Below the pieces are notes generated by a model, which searched no databases, was not told the origin of the DNA, and saw nothing but the letters and a program-made list of their open reading frames with translations. A program made the position numbers and the translations under genes. A stretch of 15,653 nucleotides of DNA from an uncultured Planctomycetaceae bacterium (GTDB taxonomy: Bacteria; Planctomycetota; Phycisphaerae; Sedimentisphaerales; UBA12454). This document shows positions 1-8,659 of the stretch, one piece after another; the stretch's first letter is position 1, and the number at the start of each line of letters is the position of its first letter. The stretch covers positions 1 through 15,653 of the forward strand of contig CAYTQR010000037.1 of assembly GCA_964440045.1 (NCBI GenBank), given 5' to 3'.

Positions 1-129
1 TTCGCTTTTGCCGAGGTCCTTTTTTATCTGATTTACTTCACCGCCGATATAGCGTGAAGGTGCCCTGACCAATGGCAGAAACTGCTCTGAAATTATATCT
101 TCAAGTATTACCGGTTTTTTGATTTTCAT
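1..129 (-). CDS. Partial CDS (N-terminal ~43 aa; runs off the window start): probable radical-SAM family protein (B12-binding/rSAM uncharacterized family)
   Basis: Minus-strand ATG at 129..127 gives MKIKKPVILEDIISEQFLPLVRAPSRYIGGEVNQIKKDLGKSE. The LPxVxxPSRYIGGE N-terminal signature is recalled from an uncharacterized radical-SAM family. The reading frame stays open to position 1. Only the N-terminus is visible, so the call is tentative. Confidence 0.35.
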   Translation of the reverse strand, partial: MKIKKPVILEDIISEQFLPLVRAPSRYIGGEVNQIKKDLGKSE

Positions 130-190
130 TCCGTCATTATAACATTTCTTGCCGTGATTGTAATTGATATTTACTGCAGGATAATTGATA

Positions 191-1243
191 ATGGCTGGGA
201 TGAAGAATGAAAATTTTAAATTCGTATTAGTCGTCCTGGTAGCGGTATTCATTTTTTATTTGTTGCTAAACGGAATTAAAAATAAAAAAATTGCTCGCGT
301 AGAAAGCCCCAATCGGATTGTGATGAACACAATCGCGAAGGTTATAGCAATTGCCCCGGATAAAAAAACAGCACAGTTATGTATCGATTCAGCCTTTGAA
401 AAAATATACAAAATTGAAAAACTTATGAATAGATACGATGCCAATTCACAGCTTTCAAAAGTCAATCAATTAGCAGCCAAAGAGCCTGTAAAAATCGATA
501 AAGACCTTTTTGATATTTTACAGCGGTCGGTTGAATACAGCAAAAAAACCGATGGGGCATTTGATATTACTGTGGCGCCATTAGTTGATTTATGGAAAAG
601 ATGCGTCGAGGCAAACTCCGCACCTGCCGATGAGCAGCTTGACTATATTAAAGAGGCAATCGGCTATGACAAACTGCTGCTCGATGTGAATAATTTTTCA
701 GTACAGTTCGCTGCCGAAAAGATGAAACTGGACATGGGGGCAATAGCCAAAGGTTTTGCAATAGACCTTGCCATAGAAAAGATGAAAAGCAGCGGCGCCC
801 TCGGCGGACTTGTAGATATCGGCGGAGATATAGGCTGTTTCGGCACAACAGAAAAAAAGGGTAAATGGGTTGTTGGTGTTCAGAACCCTGCAAAGACGAA
901 TGAAGAGAATATCGCCAAACTTTCACTTGTTGATATGGCCGTTGCGACCAGCGGCGACTACAGAAGGTTTTATAAAATCGGCAACCAGTATTTCAGTCAC
1001 ATTTTCAATCCATTAACCGAAAAAAGCGTCGAGGGTTTGTCGAGCGTAACGGTTATTGCCGAAAATGCTGCCGCCGCCGATGCGCTTGCTACTGCCGTAA
1101 GTGTGTTAGGAGAAAAAAAAGGCCTTGAGGTTATCGAAAAGAGGCCGAATACCGAGGCTATAGTCGTCAGGGCACATAACAAAGAATTAATCAAAACCAG
1201 CGGTGCAGAAAAATATATTTTACGCCGGAAAACCACAAAATAG
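191..1243 (+). CDS. apbE: FAD:protein FMN transferase (ApbE family), membrane-anchored
   Basis: The ORF track ORF 185..1243 begins at a TTG. I prefer the ATG at 191, which has AGGA (178-181) 9 nt upstream. N-terminal hydrophobic anchor (FVLVVLVAVFIFYLLL). ApbE signatures: GAFDITVAPLVDLW and GAIAKGFAIDLA. Confidence 0.8.
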   Translation: MAGMKNENFKFVLVVLVAVFIFYLLLNGIKNKKIARVESPNRIVMNTIAKVIAIAPDKKTAQLCIDSAFEKIYKIEKLMNRYDANSQLSKVNQLAAKEPVKIDKDLFDILQRSVEYSKKTDGAFDITVAPLVDLWKRCVEANSAPADEQLDYIKEAIGYDKLLLDVNNFSVQFAAEKMKLDMGAIAKGFAIDLAIEKMKSSGALGGLVDIGGDIGCFGTTEKKGKWVVGVQNPAKTNEENIAKLSLVDMAVATSGDYRRFYKIGNQYFSHIFNPLTEKSVEGLSSVTVIAENAAAADALATAVSVLGEKKGLEVIEKRPNTEAIVVRAHNKELIKTSGAEKYILRRKTTK

Positions 1244-1336
1244 TGGGGTTTAAAAGCAAATAGGACAAGAAAAGTAAAGAATGTGTAATGTTGAATATGG
1301 AATTCGAGGGCGATTCAACAGTTTAAGTCAATTTGT

Positions 1337-1365
1337 TTGACTAAGGCGGCGGATTGTGGTAAATA
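1337..1365 (+). promoter_or_regulatory. Sigma70-like promoter for pheA: -35 TTGACT (1337-1342), 17-nt spacer, -10 TAAATA (1360-1365)
   Basis: Near-consensus hexamers with optimal 17-nt spacing about 60 nt upstream of the pheA ATG. The -35 overlaps an inverted repeat AGTCAA-n5-TTGACT (1326-1342). Confidence 0.5.
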
Positions 1366-1427
1366 TAGCCGGTTTTCAGGCATTTTAGCATTATCCACCT
1401 TTGCAAGGCTATAACGGACAAGCTTTT

Positions 1428-2495
1428 ATGAATCTTGAGGATTTACGTAAGAAAATAGATCAGATAGACGCCCAGCTCATAGAGCTGCTCAATACCCGTG
1501 CGCAGGTCGTTGTCGAAATCGGCAAGGCTAAAGGCGATGGGCCGGTTTATGCACCAGACCGTGAAAAGCAGGTGCTCAAGCGGATAGCAGAGCTGAACAA
1601 GGGGCCTTTGCCGGACAGAACGCTTTATGCGATATGGCGGGAGATGATGAGCGGCTCGTTCTTTCTTGAAAGGCCTTTGAGGATTGGATATTTAGGGCCG
1701 AAGGGAAGCTTTACTCATACTGCCGCGGTCAGAAAATTCGGGCAGAGTGTTGAGTACGAAGCGATTCTCGATATACGGGGGATATTTGACGAGGTAAGCA
1801 AAGGGCACTGCGATTTGGGCGTTGTGCCGGTAGAAAATTCAACCGGCGGCGGCGTCATAGAAACGCTTGATACCTTCGTGGATACGAGTGCACTTATCTG
1901 TGCCGAAGTTTATATGCCAATTCATCATAATCTTCTTGCCAACTGCAAGCTGGAGGAAGTTGAAAAGGTTTATTCCAAACCTGAAGTGTTTGCTCAGTGC
2001 AGACGATGGCTCGGCTCAACTTTCAAGGAAGCAAATACTATAGCCGTTGCCTCGACCGCAAAAGCGGCACAAATGGCGGCAGAGGAAAAAGTTGCCGCTG
2101 CTATCGGTTCGGATATTGCCGCTGAACTATATGGCTTGCAGGTTATCTGTGAAAATATCGAGGATATCGCAAATAATGTAACGCGATTTCTGGTTATAAG
2201 CAAAGAAGATGCAAGACCGAGCGGAGACGATAAAACCTCGATATTGTTCAGCACGGCCCATAAGGCGGGAGCTCTGGCGGATGTATTGGATGTTCTTAAG
2301 AAACAGGAGGTTAACCTTACTAATATCGAATCCCGGCCGAGCAAAAAAAGACAGTGGGAATATTATTTCTTTGTCGATTGCCTGGGACATCGAAAAGATG
2401 AAAAAATTATAAAATGCCTCGAAGAAGTAAGGCAGCACTGCCTTCAGCTTTCTGTGCTCGGCAGCTATCCGAAAAGTGATACGATGCTGGAGTAA
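1428..2495 (+). CDS. pheA: Bifunctional chorismate mutase / prephenate dehydratase (P-protein), with C-terminal ACT domain
   Basis: AroQ-type chorismate mutase N-terminus (LEDLRKKIDQIDAQLIELLNTRAQVVVEIGKAK), a prephenate dehydratase core (TNIESRPS) and an ACT-domain C-terminus. The ORF track start at 1401 is a TTG. The ATG at 1428 gives an N-terminus matching chorismate mutase domain starts. Confidence 0.85.
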   Translation: MNLEDLRKKIDQIDAQLIELLNTRAQVVVEIGKAKGDGPVYAPDREKQVLKRIAELNKGPLPDRTLYAIWREMMSGSFFLERPLRIGYLGPKGSFTHTAAVRKFGQSVEYEAILDIRGIFDEVSKGHCDLGVVPVENSTGGGVIETLDTFVDTSALICAEVYMPIHHNLLANCKLEEVEKVYSKPEVFAQCRRWLGSTFKEANTIAVASTAKAAQMAAEEKVAAAIGSDIAAELYGLQVICENIEDIANNVTRFLVISKEDARPSGDDKTSILFSTAHKAGALADVLDVLKKQEVNLTNIESRPSKKRQWEYYFFVDCLGHRKDEKIIKCLEEVRQHCLQLSVLGSYPKSDTMLE

Positions 2496-2511
2496 TTTTT
2501 AGGAAAAGATA

Positions 2512-3279
2512 ATGAGAAAACCGTTCATAGGCGGCAACTGGAAGATGAATACAGACAGCAGCAGCGCTGTTGACCTTGCAAAAGGCGTAGCGCAAAAATG
2601 CGAGAGCATGCTTGACAAGGTCGATGTTTGCGTTTGCCCGCCGTTTGTTTATCTTGCGGCAGTTAAACAGGTTCTTGGCTCATCAAGTATCTCTCTTGGC
2701 GCACAAGATGTATATTTCGAATCAAAAGGCGCTTTTACAGGCGAGATAAGCTGTCAGATGCTTAAGGATATCGGTTGCGCGGATATAATAATCGGCCATT
2801 CTGAACGCCGGCACGTTATCGGCGAAACTAACGAGCTTATCAATAAGAAGCTTATCGCGGCGATAGATGCGGGACTTTTGCCGATATTCTGTGTTGGCGA
2901 ACTTCTCGAACAGCGCAAGGCTGAAAAAACCGCTCAAATAGTAAAAGAGCAGATACAAAAAGGTATGGCAGGGATAACTGCCGAAAAGGCAAAGGTGATT
3001 ACAATCGCTTACGAACCTGTCTGGGCTATCGGTACTGGCATTAATGCCACACCCGCCCAGGCTCAGGAAGTCCATTTAATGATTCGACAGTTGATTGCAA
3101 GTATGTATAATGAGAGTTTTGCCGAACAGTTGAGGATACAGTACGGCGGCTCGGCAAAGGCGAATAATGCAGCGGAATTAATGGCTCAGGCGGATGTGGA
3201 TGGACTTCTTGTTGGTGGAGCAAGCCTGAAAGCCGATGAGTTTACCGCGATTGTAAGAGCGGCAGCAGAAGTTGTTTAG
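2512..3279 (+). CDS. tpiA: Triosephosphate isomerase
   Basis: GGNWKMN, IGHSERR and AYEPVWAIGTG active-site motifs. RBS AGGAAAAG upstream. Confidence 0.95.
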   Translation: MRKPFIGGNWKMNTDSSSAVDLAKGVAQKCESMLDKVDVCVCPPFVYLAAVKQVLGSSSISLGAQDVYFESKGAFTGEISCQMLKDIGCADIIIGHSERRHVIGETNELINKKLIAAIDAGLLPIFCVGELLEQRKAEKTAQIVKEQIQKGMAGITAEKAKVITIAYEPVWAIGTGINATPAQAQEVHLMIRQLIASMYNESFAEQLRIQYGGSAKANNAAELMAQADVDGLLVGGASLKADEFTAIVRAAAEVV

Positions 3280-3286
3280 TTGTTTA

Positions 3287-3326
3287 GCCCCCAACTTTAT
3301 ATTGGGGGTTCCTAATTTTGATTTTT
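3287..3326 (+). terminator. Probable intrinsic terminator/attenuator between tpiA and secG
   Basis: Hairpin with stem CCCCCAA (3288-3294) and TTGGGGG (3303-3309), 8-nt loop, followed by a T-rich stretch cctaattttgattttt. Confidence 0.45.
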
Positions 3327-3339
3327 CAGAGGTATTAAT

Positions 3340-3744
3340 ATGGTACATTTTGCTTTAGCGGCAGTGCCGGGTTTTATGAAACTTGTTATGGGCATCTGGG
3401 TTTTTGCAGCGGTAGTTCTGATTTTTATTGTGCTGATACAAAAAGGCAAAGGCGGCGGACTTGGCGCGGCTTTCGGCGGAGTTGGAAGTTCTCTGCTTGG
3501 TACAAAAACAGGCGATTTTCTTACATGGGTTACAATATGCTTTGTTGCTGTCTGGCTGCTTTTAAGTGTTGTTGCTGCAAAGTGGTTCAAGCCCAGTACA
3601 AGCGAATATCTCCAGAGCCAGCAGACTACCTCAGCACCTGTTTCAAGGCCTGTGCCCAAAGTGCCGATTGAAGCGACACAATTGCCCCAGGCCCAGCAGC
3701 AGGCAGAAAATCAGGGATCTGGTGAACCAGCTGTTACTAAATAG
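3340..3744 (+). CDS. secG: Preprotein translocase subunit SecG (with extended Q/P/A-rich C-terminal tail)
   Basis: Two TM helices flanking the SecG signature LIQKGKGGGLGAAFGG. RBS AGAGG lies 8 nt upstream of the ATG at 3340. The tpiA-secG adjacency is conserved. Confidence 0.8.
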   Translation: MVHFALAAVPGFMKLVMGIWVFAAVVLIFIVLIQKGKGGGLGAAFGGVGSSLLGTKTGDFLTWVTICFVAVWLLLSVVAAKWFKPSTSEYLQSQQTTSAPVSRPVPKVPIEATQLPQAQQQAENQGSGEPAVTK

Positions 3745-3756
3745 AGGTTGTGATAA

Positions 3757-4644
3757 ATGTTGAATAGTATGACAGGTTTTGCGCGCATCTGTCGTGAGAT
3801 AGATGGAATAAGTTATGCCGTTGAGATAAAGACCGTGAATAATCGGTATTTCAAGCCGAATATCAGGTTGCCGGAACCTGCGGCTTTTCTGGACTATGAC
3901 ATTGAGAAATTTCTGCGCGAAAATATCTATCGCGGTGTGGTTAGTTATCTCCTCCGCTACAAGAATATCAGCGGAGAACCTATGTACGAGATCGACGCTG
4001 CTGCGATGGAAAGTTATGTGGCAAAGCTCAATAGTATAAACCAGCCTCAGGGCAAGGCAGAGTACAGAATAAATCTTGCCAACCTGCTGCTGCTGCCGGG
4101 TGTTATAAAACCTCAGGAGCCGGAAAGTGGAAAGGCCGAGCAGTTAAAGAAGGCGGTGTTTGAAATAACAGCCCAGGCTGTAGAGCAGTTAAAACAAATG
4201 CGAAGTTGTGAAGGAGAAGCGCTTTTTAAAGATATCAAGCAGCAGTGCGACCAGATACGCAGTCTGCTCGGTGGTATTGAACCGCGCAAAAAAATAGTTG
4301 TTAACGAATACAGGGATAGACTCACAGCACGCGTCAAGGAACTGCTCGATACTGTTCGGCTTGAGCTTGACAACGATCTTGTTGCCAGAGAAGTGGCCCT
4401 GTTTGCCGACCGGAGCGATATAGGAGAGGAAATTATCAGGTTAAGCTCTCATCTTGAGCAGTTTATCGCAAGCTGTGAAAAAGAAGAACGCCCCGGCAGA
4501 AAACTGGATTTTATTTCACAGGAAATGCTTCGCGAAGCCAATACCATTGCAAGCAAGGCATCAGATGCAAAAATATGTCTTGATGTGGTACAGATAAAAT
4601 CCTGCATTGAGCGAATCAAGGAACAGGTACAAAATGTCGAATAG
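3757..4644 (+). CDS. yicC: YicC/YloC family protein (stress-induced; YicC-type endoribonuclease family, DUF1732 C-terminus)
   Basis: N-terminal SMTGFAR motif and C-terminal GRKLDFISQEMLREANTIASKA...IKSCIERIKEQVQNVE, which aligns with the E. coli YicC C-terminus from memory. RBS AGAGG upstream. Confidence 0.85.
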   Translation: MLNSMTGFARICREIDGISYAVEIKTVNNRYFKPNIRLPEPAAFLDYDIEKFLRENIYRGVVSYLLRYKNISGEPMYEIDAAAMESYVAKLNSINQPQGKAEYRINLANLLLLPGVIKPQEPESGKAEQLKKAVFEITAQAVEQLKQMRSCEGEALFKDIKQQCDQIRSLLGGIEPRKKIVVNEYRDRLTARVKELLDTVRLELDNDLVAREVALFADRSDIGEEIIRLSSHLEQFIASCEKEERPGRKLDFISQEMLREANTIASKASDAKICLDVVQIKSCIERIKEQVQNVE

Positions 4645-5221
4645 CCCAGAGCGGGACATACCGGGACAATTGGTTATCATAAGCGGACCAAGCGGAGTCG
4701 GTAAAAGTACTATATGTAATAAGCTTGTCGAACGGCTTGATAATGCTTATTTGAGTGTATCGACCACAACACGAGAGAAAAAAGCCGGCGAGCAGGAAGG
4801 TGTAGACTATTGGTTTATCAGCAGGGAAGAATTTGGAAATCGGCTAAAGGCTGATAACTTTCTCGAATATGCAGAAGTTTTTGGCAATCTGTACGGCACG
4901 GAAAAAGACAAGGTTCTGGCGGCTTTGGGCCAGGGCAGAATAGTGCTTCTTGAAATTGACGTTCAGGGCGCACTTCAGGTTGTAAAACTGTGTCCCGAAG
5001 CGAAGCTGATTTTTATTCTGCCGCCGAAACAGGCAGAGCTCCAAAAGAGAATAAACGGCAGGGGCAGAGATGATAAAAAGGATATCGAAGAAAGACTGGC
5101 CGGGGCTGGCATAGAAATAGCCGCTGCCTGGCAGTATTACAAATATATGGTTATAAATGAAGACCTTGAACAGGCGGTAAAGGAAATTATAGAGATTATC
5201 GCAAAACCGGTTGGAGAATAA
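4634..5221 (+). CDS. gmk: Guanylate kinase
   Basis: P-loop GPSGVGKST and guanylate kinase core (STTTREKK...GVDYWF). The ATG at 4634 overlaps the yicC stop by 11 nt. The track start at 4607 is a TTG. Confidence 0.9.
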   Translation: MSNSPERDIPGQLVIISGPSGVGKSTICNKLVERLDNAYLSVSTTTREKKAGEQEGVDYWFISREEFGNRLKADNFLEYAEVFGNLYGTEKDKVLAALGQGRIVLLEIDVQGALQVVKLCPEAKLIFILPPKQAELQKRINGRGRDDKKDIEERLAGAGIEIAAAWQYYKYMVINEDLEQAVKEIIEIIAKPVGE

Positions 5222-5223
5222 AG

Positions 5224-5454
5224 ATGATAGATGAATTGAAGAACAAACGTATTTTTGAAAAAGTCGGCGGGGCTTTTAAGTTGTCGGCCCTTATCCAGAA
5301 ACGAATGGCTGAGCTTCTCGAAGGGTCAAGGCCGTTGATTGAAAACACCAAAGGAAAGACAATGATGGAAATCGTTATCGAGGAAATCATGCAGGACAAG
5401 ATTGCCCCCGACTACAATACCGAGCCGAAAAATATTGATGTGCCGAAACTATAG
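5224..5454 (+). CDS. rpoZ: DNA-directed RNA polymerase subunit omega
   Basis: 76 aa. Pattern KVGGAFKLSALIQKRMAELLEGSRPLIEN...KTMMEIVIEEI parallels E. coli omega ([43 protein letters not shown]). Conserved position after gmk. RBS GGAGAA. Confidence 0.8.
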   Translation: MIDELKNKRIFEKVGGAFKLSALIQKRMAELLEGSRPLIENTKGKTMMEIVIEEIMQDKIAPDYNTEPKNIDVPKL

Positions 5455-5465
5455 GTGCCGAGGCA

Positions 5466-6035
5466 ATGACGAAAAAAACTCCTCAAATCAAGGGCTTAAA
5501 CGTTCTGCTTGGTGTAAGCGGCGGCGTTGCTGTTTTCAAGGCGGTTGACCTTGCGAGTAAGTTGACCGCGATCGGCGCCCTTGTAGATACGGTTATGACT
5601 GAAAATGCATGCAGATTCGTTTTACCGAAAAGCTTTGAAGCGGTAACGGGCAGGCCTGTTTACACCAGTATGTGGGAAAACCCGACTGGCTCCCAGATTG
5701 AACATATCAGTCTTACGGATAGCGCTGATATTGTCATCGTCGCGCCTGCAACAGCGAATATCATCGGCAAAGCTGCAAACGGTATCTGCGACAACCTGCT
5801 CAGCACAATGTTATGTGCCTGCTGGCAAAAAAAATTTCTTTTCGCACCGGCGATGAATGAAAAAATGTGGACCAATCCCGCCGTTAAATGGAACCTCAAA
5901 ACATTAAACGAGAGGGGCTTTGAAATAATCGGGCCGGAAAAGGGACGTCTTGCCTGCGGAACAGAAGGCATCGGCAGGATGGCTGAAGTTGGCGATATCA
6001 TAGACCGGCTGAAAAAAATGACGAAAAGTAAATGA
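5466..6035 (+). CDS. coaC: Phosphopantothenoylcysteine decarboxylase (flavoprotein, CoaC half of Dfp)
   Basis: Flavoprotein N-terminus LLGVSGGVAVFKAVDLASKL and PAMN motif. A stand-alone ORF whose stop overlaps the coaB start (ATGA at 6032-6035). Confidence 0.85.
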   Translation: MTKKTPQIKGLNVLLGVSGGVAVFKAVDLASKLTAIGALVDTVMTENACRFVLPKSFEAVTGRPVYTSMWENPTGSQIEHISLTDSADIVIVAPATANIIGKAANGICDNLLSTMLCACWQKKFLFAPAMNEKMWTNPAVKWNLKTLNERGFEIIGPEKGRLACGTEGIGRMAEVGDIIDRLKKMTKSK

Positions 6036-6664
6036 AGTCAAATCAAATGCATTTCCTGATTACAGCAGGGGGGACAAGAGAATATATTGACCCTGTTCGT
6101 TTTATATCCAATGCAAGCAGTGGGAAAATGGGTTACGCATTAGCCCGGGCCGCCGTAAAAGCAGGCCGCAAGGTAACATTGATAAGCGCACCGACTTCTT
6201 TAGAGCCGCCCAAAGGAGTAAAGCTTATAAAGACAGTCAGCGCCGACGATATGTTCAAGGCGATAAAAGAGAATTTTAGTAAATGTGATTGTCTCATAAT
6301 GGCTGCAGCCGTATCTGATTACAAACCATTTAAAAAATCAAAAATAAAGATTAAAAAATCTACAAAGGATTTAATAGTAAAATTAAAACCAACTGTTGAT
6401 ATTTTAAAATGGGCAGGAAAAAATAAAAAGAAAAACCAGATTGTTGTCGGTTTTGCACTGGAAGATAAGAATTTGCGAAAAAATGCCGAAAATAAGCTGA
6501 AAGAAAAAAAACTTGATATGGTAATTGCAAACTCACCTTCAGCTATTGGGGCGGAAAAATCGGCAGTTCAGATAAAGCAAAAAACCGGCAGCTGGCTTTG
6601 CCTGCCCAAGGCAGGCAAACCTACAATAGCCAGGAAGATTATTAAACTGATTGAAAGTTTTTAA
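6032..6664 (+). CDS. coaB: Phosphopantothenate--cysteine ligase (CoaB half of Dfp)
   Basis: [24 protein letters not shown] matches the CoaB domain start of E. coli Dfp ([24 protein letters not shown]). The ATG overlaps the coaC stop codon. Confidence 0.85.
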   Translation: [210 protein letters not shown]

Positions 6665-7185
6665 TCTTTTATACCCAGCTCCTCTTTTGTAAGAATACTT
6701 TCGAACTTATAGCCTGCCGAAGCGATATTTTCTCCTGCGCCTTGCCTGCGGTCGATGACAGAAACAATCTTTTTTACTTTTGCACCGGCCTCGGTGATAA
6801 TTTTAGCTGCTTCCAAGACCTGTCCGCCGGTAGTTGCAATATCTTCGACCAGCAGCACAACATCGTTTTTATTTAATACTCCCTCAATCATTTTACTTGT
6901 GCCGTAATCTTTTTTGCTGTTGCGTATGATTACCCATCTTTTGCCCGTCTGCATCGCAGTAGCCGCGGCAAGCGCTACGCCGCCAAGCTCAGCGCCGGCG
7001 ATTACAGTAACATCATCAGTTGCATACTTTGCAAATTCGACCCCCAGTGCTTTTAAAATGTCCGGCTGGGTCTCGAAAAGATATTTATCAAGGTAGTATT
7101 TGCTCTTTTTACCGCTGCGCAATGTAAAATCACCTTCGAGATAGCTTGTTTCCTTGACACGGCCTATAAGTTCTTGTCTGTCCAT
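6661..7185 (-). CDS. pyrE: Orotate phosphoribosyltransferase
   Basis: PRPP-binding motif VVLLVEDIATTGG and a type-I PRTase fold. Its stop shares the TTAA tetranucleotide with the convergent coaB stop. Confidence 0.9.
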   Translation of the reverse strand: MDRQELIGRVKETSYLEGDFTLRSGKKSKYYLDKYLFETQPDILKALGVEFAKYATDDVTVIAGAELGGVALAAATAMQTGKRWVIIRNSKKDYGTSKMIEGVLNKNDVVLLVEDIATTGGQVLEAAKIITEAGAKVKKIVSVIDRRQGAGENIASAGYKFESILTKEELGIKD

Positions 7186-7201
7186 AGGTTACAATCGCCT
7201 T

Positions 7202-8635
7202 TTAAACTTTAAGTTCTATTTTTTTGTGGAGGTTTCCGCGGTATTTTTTCAACGCAGGCCTGACCGTTGATGTTATAAATTCATCGACCTGCTGCGGCGC
7301 TCTGCCGACATAATCGTTTGGATTCAAAACTTTTTTGAAATCAACTTTTGCAAATGCAAGGTCTTTTTTCAATCTTTCTATTAAATCATTTGGTTTACCA
7401 TTTTCTTTTATCTGTTTGGCAGCAGCATGCGAGTGTACCCTTATTCTTTCGTGGAGTTGTTGTCTGTTGCCGCCTGCTTTGACAGCAGCCATCAGGATAT
7501 TTTCAGTTGCCATAAAAGGCAGTTCCGAATCTATTCTTGCCGCGATTACCTTCGGATAAACCACAAGGCCGCTGGATACGTTTATAAGGATTTCAAGAAT
7601 GCCGTCTGCTGCAAGAAATGCTTCGGGTATTACTATCCGCCGATTGGCTGAGTCGTCTAAAGTTCTTTCGAGCCACTGCTCTGCTGCGGTCATCTGCGGA
7701 TTGCTCGAAAGACTGATTAAAAATCTTGATAATGCCGTTGCACGTTCGCATCGCATCGGATTCCTCTTATAGGCCATTGCGCTTGAACCTATCTGCGATT
7801 TTTCGAAAGGCTCTTCGATTTCCTTTAGGTTTGCGAGCAGGCGAATATCGTTACAGAATTTGTGCGCCGATTGTGCTATACCTGCCAGCGTATTGATAAC
7901 AAGCGAATCAATTTTCCGCTGATAAGTCTGGCCGGTAACGGGGCATGTTTTTTCAAAGTCGAATGCCTTTGCAACCAGCTTGTCAAGCTGTTTGACTTTG
8001 CTGCTTTCGCCGCCGAAGAGTTCAAGAAACGAGGCCTGTGTGCCGGTCGTACCCTTTACTCCTCTGAAAGGCAGGTTTTTTATCCTGTATTCGATGTCAG
8101 CGAGGTCGATTACAAAATCATTGCACCACAAAGCGGCACGTTTGCCGACAGTGGTTAATTGGGCAGGCTGAAAATGTGTGAAACCAAGCGCCGCAAGATT
8201 GCGATGTTTTTTCGCAAAACCTGAAAGCTGATTGATAAGAATTGCCAGCTTGCCTGCGATTATCTGCATCGCGTTTCGCATAATTATCAAATCCGCATTA
8301 TCGCCGACATAACAGCTTGTCGCACCGAGGTGAATTATCGGCGCCGCTTTCGGTGCAGCATCGCCGAAGGTGTGAATATGAGCCATTACATCGTGCCGGA
8401 ATTTTTTCTCGTATTTGGCTGCCTTGTTAAAATCAATATCGTCGAGATGTTTTGCCATCTGAATTATCTGAGTCTGGTTGATGTCCAGGCCGAGCTTCTT
8501 TTCTGCCTTTGCAAGTTCCAGCCATAACCTTCGCCAGGTTGAAAATTTCCTCTGGTTACTGAAAAGCTCGGACATTTGCTTTGAGGCATTTCGTTCAACT
8601 AACGGCGAAGTATAGATGTCGTTGTTTTTAGCCAT
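7202..8635 (-). CDS. purB: Adenylosuccinate lyase (long, ADSL-like form)
   Basis: Fumarate-lyase signature [15 protein letters not shown]. Extended blocks ([49 protein letters not shown]) recalled from ADSL-type PurB. RBS GAGGT. Confidence 0.95.
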   Translation of the reverse strand: MAKNNDIYTSPLVERNASKQMSELFSNQRKFSTWRRLWLELAKAEKKLGLDINQTQIIQMAKHLDDIDFNKAAKYEKKFRHDVMAHIHTFGDAAPKAAPIIHLGATSCYVGDNADLIIMRNAMQIIAGKLAILINQLSGFAKKHRNLAALGFTHFQPAQLTTVGKRAALWCNDFVIDLADIEYRIKNLPFRGVKGTTGTQASFLELFGGESSKVKQLDKLVAKAFDFEKTCPVTGQTYQRKIDSLVINTLAGIAQSAHKFCNDIRLLANLKEIEEPFEKSQIGSSAMAYKRNPMRCERATALSRFLISLSSNPQMTAAEQWLERTLDDSANRRIVIPEAFLAADGILEILINVSSGLVVYPKVIAARIDSELPFMATENILMAAVKAGGNRQQLHERIRVHSHAAAKQIKENGKPNDLIERLKKDLAFAKVDFKKVLNPNDYVGRAPQQVDEFITSTVRPALKKYRGNLHKKIELKV

Positions 8636-8659
8636 TTTTGAACCTCGTATTAAAAATTT

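Noticed and set aside
1-252. Longer N-terminal start (ATG at 252, minus strand) for the left-edge radical-SAM-like fragment
   Set aside because: That would overlap about 60 nt of the divergent apbE coding start. The ATG at 129 gives an N-terminus consistent with the family signature, though there is no good SD for either start.
256-1236. Minus-strand ORFs 256..465, 648..926, 664..846, 997..1236 inside apbE
   Set aside because: They are antisense to a well-supported ApbE CDS and have low-complexity or Cys/Arg/Ser-rich translations with no RBS. Typical spurious antisense ORFs.
1281-1340. 19-codon ORF (MCNVEYGIRGRFNSLSQFV) upstream of pheA as a possible Phe-attenuation leader peptide
   Set aside because: It has only two Phe codons and no tandem Phe run, its RBS is weak, and it overlaps the promoter -35. 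It does not look like a pheL-type leader.
1994-2595. Minus-strand ORFs and the small + ORF 2209..2412 overlapping pheA
   Set aside because: Alternative-frame or antisense ORFs inside a strongly supported pheA. No independent signals.
3312-3763. ORFs 3312..3659 (minus) and 3566..3763 (plus) overlapping secG
   Set aside because: Alternative-frame translations of the secG tail region (Pro/Ala-rich, Arg/Cys-rich). No support.
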